A DNA stretch of 64,000 nt from the human T2T-CHM13v2.0 reference genome, Homo sapiens (GCF_009914755.1 NC_060930.1); one strand, 5' to 3'; shown: positions 41,731-55,299, counted from the stretch's first letter. Program-made: numbers and translations. Notes: generated from the letters alone by a model not told the origin.

Positions 41731-44700
41731 TTATTACAGAAACTACCCAAAGGAACAACATGGTCCTAAACATCAACTCTTAATCTATGAAATGGGATCC
41801 AATACTTCTCTTTCTTGTTCCTTAGGATAGCTTAACAAAAATCAGAATACACAGTATTGATAATGCAAGCATTTTTCCAACTATTTCTGCAAAATAGCAG
41901 GCTTAGTAAATATTTCCAAAAATATTGTTTATGCTCAAGTAAGTTTAGCCAGTGCTAACTTTAGCTAAAAATGTCCTCAATGCAGGACTTCTGACCACCT
42001 TTTCTGGTAACGTGCCTTGTTATTTTTCTAGAAAAGAATAGAATATGCAGTGTGTCCTGAATACATGTGATTGGGGCCCTTTTATTTTAAACCATCTGCT
42101 AACATCTCTGTAAACTGGTGTTGTGAGATCAAGACATGGCAGAGCTATACTATATTCTCATGGAGGATCTTAGCCAACAGCAAAATGTATGTTCTACTTA
42201 GTGCGGATTTATTTGCCTCAATCACAAACTGCCAAGAACACAGCCTTGAACCAGATATTAAGTGAGAGTCCCCAAATTTAAGGAAGTGGTAATCTAAAGT
42301 GATATTAGCTTTGATTATTATTGCTTTTGTTGAATTCAAATTCTGGTGTTGCCACTGACTTGATATGTCATTTATCATACCTAAGCCTCGGTTTCCTCAT
42401 CTGTAACATGGGAATAATAATAGCAATAAACCTTTGAGGCACAGACCTGTTCTATGTATTTTTTCTTTTACTCCAGTGCTTAGTATAGTTGATACTCAGA
42501 ATTTTTGTTTGATGAAAGAAGTTCTGAATGCATGCATGCAGGGATCAGTGAAAATTGGAAGAAATAACAGAATGAAATATTATGCAAGGCCGACTGTCCC
42601 TTGAAGACCTAAAGGGAAGTGCTAAACAATAAAAAGATTAATGTGCATTGGGTTTAGTCAATGAAAACCTCTCAGAGGAGGTATCGTGAACCTGAACATG
42701 TTTTTATGCCATAACCTTTCATAAATATTATATTCTACTACTGGTTGTAAAGATTAAGAATCTTGGTATTACTAAAAGGATCTGGAGTTTCCACATGTAC
42801 AGATTAAAAGACAATATATTTGCCCTCTTCTGTCCAGAGTTTGTCCTGCTATTGTTTCTTAAGTGCCAATACATTAATACAATATAGCAGGGCTCACACA
42901 GCAGAGTTAGCCAGTAAACTCAGTAGTAATGTGTTAGTTCTACCTGGGCAGTCTTCATTCTGTAGTCCCATAAAGAATGAGATGCTAGATTTACATCCTA
43001 TCAAAGTAAATTATGTAGACATTCTCATTATTTAAAATGATTAGCATATTTGTCTATATGGAAGTTTACATTTTTTACAAGATATAATTGTGAGCAACAG
43101 GATATTACATAAGTGAGTCAGCTGTAGATTAGTAGAGATGTTTTTCAGCTTTTGAAAGTACTTTGGAAGAGTTTGGAAATAATATATACATTTTTCATAT
43201 AGTACTTCAGTACTGTCCTTAATACGCTGGTGGTGTATGGAACTTAGAAAATCAATACATTATTGATTATTACTTCAAAGGATACTTGTAGGAGATTTGT
43301 GATTTGAAAGTCAGATTAATTTTGCATATGGAATTAATAGGACTATGGAGGAATAAAAAGGAATTTCTAAGATATTATATGTGATCAATATTTCAACATT
43401 AAAAATATTGGCATTTGATTGTAATAGGTTTTTATCTGTACTTTCTGGCTGTCATATTAGTACCAAAGTTTAATTTGAAAATGAATGTTTGGTGAAGTAG
43501 AAGCCTTAGGTTAGTGACTTAGGAATTTCATTTCCAGGATAAACCAGTCTTGGTAATACTCCATGTCTGTTTCTCTACATGGTTGATTCTCTTGTTAATG
43601 CTATCCATCTTTGTTACCTCTCAGATTCATTTTGAAGCATATGAATATTATTTAGGAAGTATGAAATATAGGCAAATGCAAGGTGATTGTGTTATTTTTG
43701 CTATTTACAACATTTTCTGTATTGAAATCCAAAACAATAATAATTACCTGCAGGAAAATATGCTTACATTAAAATTACATGTGAAATTTTTAGTTTGTTT
43801 GTTTTAGTGAAAAGACTACAGTTAAGGTAGATAAAAATATATAATTTTTTTCATAAATTAGGAATATGCATCTCATTTATCAGAAGGTACAGCTCTTCAT
43901 ATTTCAGAAATGTGTATTAGTTTTGTAGCATGTCACATATAATAGGAATCTATATATAATATATAATATATTCACATATATATGTATTTGCATCTGATAG
44001 AAAAATAATAGGAAGAGGGAAGCTACCTTAAAAAGTTTATGTAATAAGAGGTAAGTACTATTTAAAGAATATGTAACAGTTAAAAATACAGCCTAAGTTC
44101 AAATATTTCAAGAAGAAACAAAAGTGTATTTCTTCATAAATCAAAGATATAATAATAAGTGCTCCCATTTAATTAATTTTAATGGTACTGAACAAAAGCA
44201 GAAGAGTTAGGTTAAGAAATCATTCTATGGGCCAATGGCCATTTCATTGTCATAAAAATCCTTTATTTAGCCTTCTCCACAAATAAGCTCACAGCACGAC
44301 AAAGGACACTAGTTAGAGTAATTTGGGCGATAAGTAACAGAAGGAATGGCTAGGAGCATAGTGTCATCTGGCAGAGAGCTTATTTCCTGAATCCTGTGGA
44401 TCTGGTTAAAACCCAACAGAGATGCCAATATGCTTCTCCTCAGTAAATGCTACCAGTCCCCACACCACCAGGCCCACCGAAGCTTGTCTACAGTATTTTA
44501 TCCAAGCAGTCCTTTGGGTAACTGCACAGTGCCTGCAGTGACCTGAGTCAGTCATGCAAGGAGACTTTCTTGTTCTCACACCAATGTTTTATTTCAGTTT
44601 CCATTTTCTGCTGGTCCTGTTGTTCAATGATATAAGCAGAGTGATGAAGGAGGCGCTTCACACTCTTCTTAGATAAGATCTTGAGCAGCAGAGAGTGGTT

Positions 44701-44753
44701 TAAACAGCAAGGCTTAAATCTCTCAAGCTGGATTTATTTCCAAGTTTGCTGTC

Positions 44754-44853
44754 ATGTGTGCACCTGGGATTCATGTCTCTTCAGAAGGGTGGGAAGAAGT
44801 GAGGTCTGTTGATTCCGAAGAGGGAACAATTGAAGCTCGACGAGCAGTTGCTG
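44754..44853 (+). CDS. RIMS1: Coding part of a putative RIMS1 alternative first exon (MCAPGIHVSSEGWEEVRSVDSEEGTIEARRAVA+G)
   Basis: ATG with G at -3, an in-frame TAA upstream at 44715, 33 open codons, and donor CTG|gtaagc in phase 1 (same as the exon ending at 14785). The peptide matches my recollection of a short RIMS1 isoform N-terminus. Confidence 0.8.
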
Positions 44854-45848
44854 GTAAGCAATAGATAATGGTAATCCCACTTCATTTTGTCCCAGTTGTA
44901 CCTAAATCTATATTTAACACTCCCTCTGTATCTATTTTCCAGTCAAAATATTTCTATTCTCTGTGTGTCAGGTGCACAGTGTTCTTAATTGAATAAAGTT
45001 TCCAGTTACCAACTTTATCTTTAATCTGTTACTCTGAAATGAGATTGTAGGGTTTATAATATAGCTCTAAAGATTTTAAGATGATTAATTATGTTTATGA
45101 TTGATTCCTGTGTAATAGCCACATCAAGGGAGATTTGAAGATTAGAAAATCAATGTTCTGTGAAAATAATTAAAAAAAAATAGCAGGCTACCTAATTGTG
45201 CATGGGTTTTTTTTTCTGTAAATGTGTTCCATGCTTTACTATCTCATACAAAGAATGAGAAATACATGACAAATTGCAATAATCATTAGTGGAATGTCAA
45301 TGCAAAAATAGGAAGTTTGTGTCACTTTTTTAAAATAATGGTTCCTGGGTTCTTGCGAAAGTACCAAAACCTTTTCACAAATGCAGGCCTTGACCTAAAC
45401 TACAATAGCACAAGGTCAAATGGAATATATGAAGCAAGCTCAAAATTGCATTTGATGTTAGGTTTTATGTATTCTCTCCCAAGGGAAATCAGTTTTCTGG
45501 TCTTTGATATAGCTGTGGAATCACAACTAAGTATGAGGCTGTGAAATATATAACCCAGAAGAAGGATATATATAGCTCAAGATGGAAGAGTTGTAGAAAT
45601 ATTTTAAATGAGTAAATATTGTTAACATAAATTTTGGAATTTAAAAAATGAAAATAGAAGGATTTTTTCTACTTTTACCTAGACAGTGGCTCCAGTGAAT
45701 AACACTTACTACTATGCATGAAAGCTCATAGTATGTGGTACCCAGAAATAAGTAAGGATATTTTAGAATAAGGTCAACATTAATCTCTTCTAATATTGAT
45801 TCTCTGCTTTGATTCTGTAATTTTGAAATCCATGAATACCATTTTGAT

Positions 45849-46058
45849 TAATAAACCCTGTTTAGTTTATTAAATTGCATTTCTAACAGAAAATACTTAA
45901 TAAACCAAACAGGGTTTGGTAACAAATTGCATTTCTAACAGAAAATACTTAATAAATCCAAACAGGGTTTGGTAAAAAATTGCTTTTCTAACAGAAAATA
46001 CTTGATAAACCCTGTTTGGATTTATTAAGTATTTTCTGTTAGAAATGCAATTTGTTAC
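45849..46058. repeat. About 52-bp unit in tandem (about 2.6 copies) bracketed by inverted copies
   Basis: 45919-45970 is the exact reverse complement of 46007-46058. The unit AAATTGCATTTCTAACAGAAAATACTT recurs at about 45872, 45924 and 45977. Confidence 0.92.
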
Positions 46059-46326
46059 TATTTGATAAATTTTCTTATATCAAGGCACTTTGGGGAACTC
46101 ACGGTAATTATACTAAATTAATATAAATTCATGAGATGGAATGAGGGACAAATATTAGATTAATGACATTCAAAATGACTTTATAATTTGAAGTAAGCCC
46201 ATACTGGATAATAAACAAGAGAAAAGAAATAGGAATAGAGAAATAAATATTTTTTTAAATCTCAAAACTCAAGCACAACAATAGACACATGCAGTGTATT
46301 AAAATGTTTTATTTCAGTTGACTTGA

Positions 46327-46674
<348 letters not shown>

Positions 46675-47044
46675 TAGTCAAAGAACATTATATGGTAGCG
46701 ATTTCAACCAGACAAAATGAGTATATTGGTTGTTGAAAGTTTTGACTCCCTTTCTATTGGTTCTCTTCTGTATACTTGCTGGACCAGTAGATCTATCTCT
46801 AGACCATGCCATCTGTATGTCTTCTTAATGACCATATCATAATGGAAGCAACTTAAGTTCAGCAAGTATAAGACTTCAGCCCCAATAGCTGCTCCGGAAA
46901 ATCTTCACCACCTCAAAACATGGGAAATAAAAGTATATCATTATAGGCCCCCCGCTGCACCTCCAACAAGTCACGAGTACTTTCACAAAAACTGACATAA
47001 CTTTGAAGTAATTCAACAAAATAATTGCAGTAACTCCTAACTAC

Positions 47045-47280
47045 TATGGTGTAGTGAAAAGCTCATACATGGCTTTCAAAACAGACAAAACCAAGTTCAA
47101 ATCCCAACTCTGCTACTTATAAATCATGGACTTCGGGCAATTTAATTAGGTTTTCTAAACCCCATCTCTAATATGGGATAAGTGTTGTTGATTTTTCCAT
47201 ATGCCTATGAGAAATAAATTAACTAAATAAAATTAATAGACAGTATAATATTTGGCACTTAATAAGCATTCAATTGATGT
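47045..47280 (+). mobile_element. MIR fragment
   Basis: TATGGTGTAGTGAAAAG...AGTTCAAATCCCAACTCTGCTACTTA...TTTGGCACTTAATAAGCATTCAA. Confidence 0.6.
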
Positions 47281-48819
47281 TTATTTCCCTTTTGCTTTTC
47301 CCAACAATAACTTGGTCAGGTTTTGACTACAGCCAGCTTTAAGCATAGGCGGAAGTTTGGGAAAAGAAAAAAAAGCAAACAGATTCTGAGTGAGACCGTA
47401 AATATGTTCTTTTAAGAGAGAAAAATTGTTCAAATTAGTCATTTCATTTAAGGCTGATATTTTGCAGTTGTTTTTGGTAATGAGATGATCCATGGCTCAG
47501 TTTTAATTTTTTTTCTCATGAGATAATTATTTTTGACAAGTACATGTAATTTAAGTAAACACAGCACCATTTGTTTTAAATAAATGAAAGATGTTCCTAA
47601 TTTTCTCTCTATCCTCATTTGGCCATTTCATTTTCTAAAACAAAGTAGAAGCAGTCCACCTTGATTTTTCAGCAAATAATCCCTAGATGATTAGAGAAGT
47701 GTATCATTATTCATTGCTGTTTCTGGGATCTGAATGTTGTACTACAATAAAAATGTAATTGAGATAGTAACATAATTTCAAATCAACTAATTTTGTTGTT
47801 ACTGTTGCTGTTGTTCTGTAACACAAAATATGGGTGGATGAAGTAAAATGTAGGTGACCCAATGAGAGGATAATTATTCTGTGTCTCAGTGAGAAAAAAA
47901 AAATCTATTGTATTATGAATTATGCATCTACAGTCCTCAAAAATATGCATCTTTAAAAATATCAGAAATACGAGCCACCTTCTCCTGTCCCCAGCTCTCT
48001 GGCAAAACCTGTTTGAGGTTGTCCTTTTGCCCTCTGGAGATGAGCCACCGTTAGCACTAGGCTGGCCGTACCAGAAAAGCCTGAAGAAGCACTTTTGCCT
48101 GTGTTCCCAACAATCAATTGTGTATACTCTTGGTTTATGCTTTCTGGTGCCAGTTGTCATTGAGCTGAGTAAGATTCCTCAGTTAGGGAAACTGCAGAGG
48201 AAATGATCTGTTACACAGGGCTTGGCAGGACCATTGCCAGTGATTGATAATGGGACCAAATCATTTCAGGTGAGTTTTCTGTGGTCTGACAGGCATCTGC
48301 TCAACCTTGTCATCTTAATCCATGGGTATCCCAGTGAGTGTCAGTGGGAACAAGATGAGCTCCTGAACATTTGCCTGAGTCTTTTCTTCTGTGTTAGCTT
48401 TAAGGACCACAACGTTTCATCTCTCTGGCTTCAGGAAGGTAGCAGCTTCTGTGCATTGTTTTAGGAAATGGTTAATTGAGGAGCTAAAAGAGCTTTAGTG
48501 TATGCTACACTGGGAGCCACTTTAGTACAGCACAGAGCACTATAGATTAATGCTGTAATCAATGAGAATCTGTTCACTGCAGAGATCTGTTTTGATGACA
48601 GCAGCACTTATGGCCTTGTTTAGTGTCACTGTTGTATAATGTTGGACACTGCAGGCTTTTTTGGCTTTGATTTAGAATGCAAGGACCACAGGGAATTTTA
48701 TTTAAAATGTTGTATTTTGGTGGATTTTTTAATTGTGTTGTGCATTTGCTGCCATTGCTAGCTGAAATTTAATGATTTGATGCCAGTGGCATTTAGTTAA
48801 CCACTCCGATGCTGCTGTT

Positions 48820-48874
48820 ATGTTTGCTGGGTTTCTGCAGTTTCTACTACTTCATACATTGCACTCAGGAACAG
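48820..48874 (+). CDS. RIMS1: Coding part of a second putative RIMS1 alternative first exon (MFAGFLQFLLLHTLHSGT+G)
   Basis: ATG with G at -3, an in-frame TGA upstream at 48778, 18 codons, and donor CAG|gtaaac in phase 1. The peptide matches my recollection of another short RIMS1 isoform start. Confidence 0.72.
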
Positions 48875-51800
48875 GTAAACTAAATTATATTAATCTATGG
48901 ATAAATGTAAAGTTAATGTAATTTATTGTTTAATTATCCAAAAGAGTAAGATACTAAAATGTTTCATTTAGATTCTATCAGTAGAGAATAAGGATGTTTT
49001 GCTTTATATAAATATGTAATTTTAGGATGCAATAATGATTACTTGTATTACATAAAGTTATTTTTATGATTTAAATGTTTATCTGAAGTACACATTAAAT
49101 TATATACATTTTAGTATTACATTTAAGTCTTAACTTGAGATATATAGATAATATACAATTAATTCAGAAAGATACATTTTTCTTCTCTGATGGATCAAAG
49201 AGTTTGCTTTCCCTATTTAGTGACTTTCACTAAAATTAGAAAATGTCAGAGCTTAATCTTCTTGAAAATACAAAGATTTAAGTATATATAGATTGTTCTT
49301 TTCAAGTGTTTAGAAAAAATGCTGACCAGGTTTGGTTTCTCCTAATTGACAGTCCTGATTATAGAACACATTCGTGGAAATGCCTGTGTTTTCGGTGATG
49401 TTAAGCTGTGGACTAAAGGGGAAACTGTTCAGATGAGGGGAACAGAGAGCCCAAGACACAAAGAAGGAAAGAGAAGTGTAATCTTTTGCATCAGAGATTT
49501 AGGTGTGTGACCTTGGGTTAAAAGAGTAACTAGTGACTAACCCCTTCTGGCCCTTGTTTCCCTTCTGCCAGTTTGGAAAAAGACTCTCCTGTTATTCTCT
49601 GTAGGAATGGCAAAACATTTTTTCAGATGCTCAAGATCATCTATTGATGATTTTCATGTAGAAAAAAGACACAATTATTAAATGTTCAAAGGTATGCAGT
49701 TTTCCTAATACAAGAGGTAAATACAGCGGTTTTTTTGCTTTTTTTTTTTTTTTAATTGGCTTCATTGTAACTATTTTGCCAAATAGGCATTGAGTAAGTT
49801 TGAGGTGTCCCAAGGGCACCTACTATTAAGACTGCACTCCTTGGGAGAGGAAAGAGGCATCACAGTTGTGCTGCAGCCTGATGAGGACCTGGACGCAGAG
49901 AGGCACTGGGGCTCTCTGAAAGTCGGCCAGGGACAAGGGCTGTCCTCACTGCTCACTTGCTCCCCCTCAGGTTCAGTGTGTATTGCTGAGGGCAGCTGAA
50001 GAGAGCTCCTGCCTTCTTTTCTCAGCAAATGTTTTTCAAGAGGTCTACTTTGTGCTGAAGGCAAGCTCAAAATCCAAAGGGTCAGAGGCAAATGGAAAAG
50101 TAGCCACCTTCCACTGGCAAAAATATGAATCAGATTGCTGCCTGCCAAATACTAGTTAATGTTTGTGAGTCTAGCCTAATTAAATATATTTTTTAGTGAG
50201 GATGGAAGGATTTTATTGTAAATTGAACAATGTGCTTACAGAGTGGCTAATAATTGCCAGTTTATAATGATCATGAATCTTCTGTTGATGTTTATACTTG
50301 CTGTTTCTTCTTAATAATAGACACCCACCATTATGAGAGGAAGGCTGAGGCAATGATGGTTCATGTTCCCAGATATATGTACATGAGAGACGAAAGAAAA
50401 AGAGAAACAATGTGATTGATTTCTCTGTCTAGTTCTGAGGAACCAGTCTGAATTATAGTCTCTACACATATATTTATGAGGGCAATAACTTTATTAGTAA
50501 AGTGATTACGAATTCCATAGAAGTTTGTCTGCTCAAGTCTCTTCCAACTTCCTGATTTTATGGGGTGCTGCTGTTTATTAGTGCATAGTTAGGAAGATCT
50601 TCAAGGAGAATAGATATTTTCATTTTGAAGTATTACCTGTGAATGTTCCTGGCAAGGAGGGTTCTGTTAGAGAAATGAAGAAGTCATTTGGAAAACAAAA
50701 ACAAAAATTAATCTCAATGAACAGCAAATATATATTCTCCCCTATCCTTCCCCAGGTCATCTGTAAACACTTTTAATAAGTAAAACAAATGCTTGCCATT
50801 CTCAATTTTCTAAGGCTAGGGAGATTGGGAAGAAGCATGTCAATTTATCAAAGAAGATAAATTAATGAAGGAATTTGTAATTATTTGATACTATGATAAT
50901 TGTCAAGAAAACTTTTAAATACTTATCATCATGCCTGTAAGTTGTAGGCTAATGAAATGGTTTTAGATATTATATAACCTGCTTCACGTAGGCCAATCTT
51001 TTGTCTTTAAGAAGGGAATCATCATAATTATATTATGAGTGGGTCAATTACTTGAAGAAGTGTAACCAAAAATCTTGATTGCGTAGTTAATTTAAATAAG
51101 TTTTAGAGAAGGTTTTACGTGACTTCTATGAGTCTTGAATATCTGGGAAATAAATTCTTATGATGAACTGTAAACATTGAACAAATTTCAAAACTGACTT
51201 CAGAAAAGGGGGTATATTGATATAATGACTGGTGAGTTTTAACAAATGTATTTCAATACTATAATATCTGTCTTATATTTTAGGCTTATAAATAGCTTTG
51301 AGGGTTTTTTTTTTGTTTGTTTTTGTTACAAGAGGCTGTTAGCCCTGCAATGTTTGTGGTTTTTCTCTCTAGAGAATGCTTAGCCCTTGAAACTTGTTCT
51401 TCTGAGTAGGTTCAAATTGCAACAACTTTTTTATCCACTTAATTTTTTTTTTACTTTTATTTCAGGATTATGTTCTGTAATCACTTATTTAGATTATATA
51501 AAGTTTGTTATTATATTTTCTATATTTTCCTATTTAGCATATATCTGAAATTGTCTAAGGTATTCATCAGAGAAGAGATGTTAGTACATTTGTGTGTGAT
51601 ATTTCTCTTGCCTATTCTATATTAAAGGCTTTTGAAAAATATAATTCATTGGAGTGTTGCTAGGTCATGAAAGTGCTTTTTGAGGTGAGTTCCCTTGCTC
51701 TCTATATGTACTCACAAAGCTCATTTTCTCTGAGTATGGTTTTTTGATTTCCTAAGTGCCTGGCTTAAATAGTGATCTTCATGAAAGCATACTGCTGAGG

Positions 51801-52921
51801 CTGAGGACCTGCAAGAGAGGATAATTCTGGGAGCTAAAGGTAAAGCAACAAGTCCATATCATAATACCCTACTCAGGGTCACTCATTCCTTTAGTCCCTT
51901 TAACCATTTGTTCTTAACTTGGAGAGAGATCAGAGGCCTTTGAGAAATAAAGGAAGCAATGGACTCTTGAGGGAAAAAATACTTTTGCACACAAAATTTT
52001 ACTTGCAATTTAAAAGAGTGTGTGGATCCCCTAAATGTAATTATGGACCATGTAAAAGGACTTGCATAACTCAGGTTTATAATCCTTTCCTTAAAAGTCA
52101 CAACAAAGAAGTACTTGACATTCAGTGGTAGAAAAAGTCCTGCCTACACAAAGGTACACCACTTCTCATCTATGGTTAGTGGATAAACTCAAGACCAGCT
52201 TCAAATTGCTCTTGCTAAAAAAACAAAACAACAACAATAAAAAACCTTAGTTACTAGTTGGTGTTTTCATTGGCTCTGCCATTTTATATCATAAACAAAT
52301 ACACCCAAAGCTTAAATCTCCAAAAGATAAATATGTGATGATTAGACAGATCATTGGCATAAGCAAAAACATTAGGAATGACTGCAAATTCATTGAGCTT
52401 GTTTCTGTTTAGAATGGCTTGACAGAGACTAGGTTTCTCTTGACAATAGGCTTCTTTGACAAATACGTTGTGATTTCTTGATTTCAGAGGCTAGTTTTGT
52501 TTTAGGCAGACATTTAGTTATAGAGATCTCTATGTAAGGTTTGTTATTATGAGATTTTACTGTAATCAGAGCTATTCAATTAAGACATAAAAGTGATGGA
52601 AAAATTAAGCACAGAATAAGGGGCTCTAAAACATCTATTTAATCTGAAAGACCCTTTGAGTATTGGTAAGAAACATGTGGTTTGTAACAAGAATAGTCTT
52701 TCTGAAGTTTTTGCTTGAAGCTGTCCCCTTTGAGTTTGCTATATAGAGTCTTTAAACGTAATATCTTTATTCTCCACAGATTTCCTGGATGGTTTAACAA
52801 AGCTAAATTGCAATGGATACAGTTTGCATACTTGTGAACTAAGTACACATCCATATGTGTGATCTAAAATGTGATACAGTGATAATTATGTCAGAGATTA
52901 TGGTAGGCCCAAAGATCTGGG

Positions 52922-52926
<5 letters not shown>

Positions 52927-52956
<30 letters not shown>
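52927..52956 (+). repeat. (TG)n microsatellite followed by poly-T
   Basis: Seen directly; about 15 units. Confidence 0.9.
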
Positions 52957-52957
<1 letters not shown>

Positions 52958-55299
52958 TTTTTTTTTTCTCATTAAAACTATTAGTACATCACTTTGAGAA
53001 ACAAATAGAACCATAGAACTTCTTGGTAATAATGGAAATTATAAAGGCCAATAAGATGTTTTTCAGTGTTTTTAGTCCCTTTCAACTGTAAATAATGCAA
53101 AATGGCTAGCCTAGGGTAGTAATGAGTTTCTCATTTGAAAACTAAGCCATTAGAATACAGTTGCAACAATTATCACAAATTATTTACAAATATATTTCAA
53201 ACGTGAATAATAAACATTTTATTTATAAGCTAAATGCTACTTATGGTCTTGCCAGTTAAAAAGAAACTGAGGTTGAGTTTAGGAGGTGCTATTGACTGGC
53301 TCTTTTATTTTGAAATGGAGATCAGACTTTAGTTTTATTTATAGTATACCTGTATATAACATAATGCCTTGTTTTATAAAAGATAAAATTAAGCTATGAT
53401 ATTTTTTCTTAATACTGAGATTATTATAATTACTATAATTTGGTATTTCTCATGGATTCTATATTTCTCCAGCTCAATCCTGCTGTGATCAATAAGATAT
53501 TTTAGCTAGCATTTGGGTTGGTTTTTACGGAAATTAGGTGAAATAGAATGATTTTATATTGTTAAGATTGGTGATATTATTAGGTCAGTCTTCAATGTGC
53601 ACATTTTTATTGACAGAACTGAGTTAAACATATTTACTGTCTTTGTGAGTGATGTCACCTTATGTCTCAATTGGGAACGTTTTGTTATGGATTTATAAAA
53701 AATTATAAAATATGAAAAATTGACTTTTTAACATTACTGAAATAATATTCAATTTAATTTTTTATAAATGTAATCTTTCAAATGGTAATTTTAATTTTCA
53801 GATTTAGTGTTATTGAATAGTTTATCAGTGCTAATGGTTTGCAATTTTATTTTTTTGACCTAATGTCTCTTAATTTCACAATTTAATTCAGTTACATAAT
53901 TCTCTAAAAAGATAGTTTTGTTCACTTGGTTTGCTCTTTCTTAAAAGACATTGATTTAAGAATCTTTAAAAGACAATTCAGCTACTCTGTGTGGGGAGTA
54001 TTATGCAAAGAGCACTTGATCTTTTCCATTTTTTTGTACTGCATTCAAAAAATATCAGGAAATAGAACATGCAAAGGGATAAGAGTTATTATTTACAGTG
54101 CATTTAATCTTTAAATTAAATTCATGATTAATCTGAAGCAATATTTAATAAACAGTTGCTGTATGTTTCTGCTTTTTGTTGCGTTGATAAATAATGACTT
54201 AATTGTAAAAACTTAGCTTCTGATCTCTTCTTATTTACAGCTGAGTTTTTCGATGTGCCAGATATTTGCCAACCAGCTTACTGTTATGATTATTGCTATT
54301 TGTTTACATTGTTTTAATTAAAGTTTATCTCATCAGAATTATAATTTACCAACCTTTGTTTTTAATTAGGAGGGCTATAAAGGGATTTCATCCTTGTTTT
54401 TATAAAAATTTACATGCTGTAATATTTTTAGTTGTTGCCTAATGGATATTGTTTTAACATCAATGTTTTGCCCTTTAATCCAGTTGTTTTCATATATAAC
54501 TGTTCATGCACTCTTTAACACAATTATGTTCATAGAGCTACACACAGTATCACAGTGTTGAGGGCACATAGACTCTTAGCTGATTTGTTTGTTTTTGTGT
54601 ATTTGTTTGTTTAGGTTTCCCTGCCCACTTTCTTGTTAATAATTATTGCTGTCAATGTGCTTGTTTGAACAAACCATTTTCCCATTTACAGTGTGCATCT
54701 TTAATGGTTTTGTGGGGTTGAATACCAAAGAAACTCTTGTATTATTGTGGCTATAAAGTTATGAGCGAGGTGCTGGTGTGTTTTTCTAGGAATAAAGTCT
54801 AGGAGCTCAGATTTTGTTCTATTGCTTTTTGCCAGATGAGAAGACCTTTTCACTTACTTCCCATCCTTTGGCAAGACTCTCAAATAAATTAAGATAACTT
54901 GCTATTTACTGTAAAGTAATACCTGCACATCAGTTCCATTTTGTTGTTTTCTGTTGAATCAAAGTTATTTTGAGTTTGAAGGAGGGAAAACTGCATTTTA
55001 ATGAAAATAGAGTTACAATAAATATACTAAATTATATTGTGTACATATCATTTAGTAAGATTTTAATTGCTATGTTAATATCATTTTAAAGCCTATTTTA
55101 ATATCAAAAGTGATTTACAGTAGCTGCGAAAATGTAAAAATGTAGCCAAGTGAAATAAATTTAAAATACATAGAAAAGATCAGTAAGGGGAAATAAGGGT
55201 AAAAATTAGGCTGCATATTTAATCACAAATATCCCAACACAAAAAAGTGTAATTCATTACAAATGCACAACATCTTTAATACAAAATAAGCCAGTTGCA

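Noticed and set aside
42526-42540. Overlapping TGCATG (RBFOX) motifs
   Set aside because: More than 2 kb from any identified exon, and this hexamer is scattered through the window.
45849-46058. CRISPR-like repeat array
   Set aside because: The units are adjacent with no unique spacers and include inverted copies. The context is a eukaryotic intron with no cas genes.
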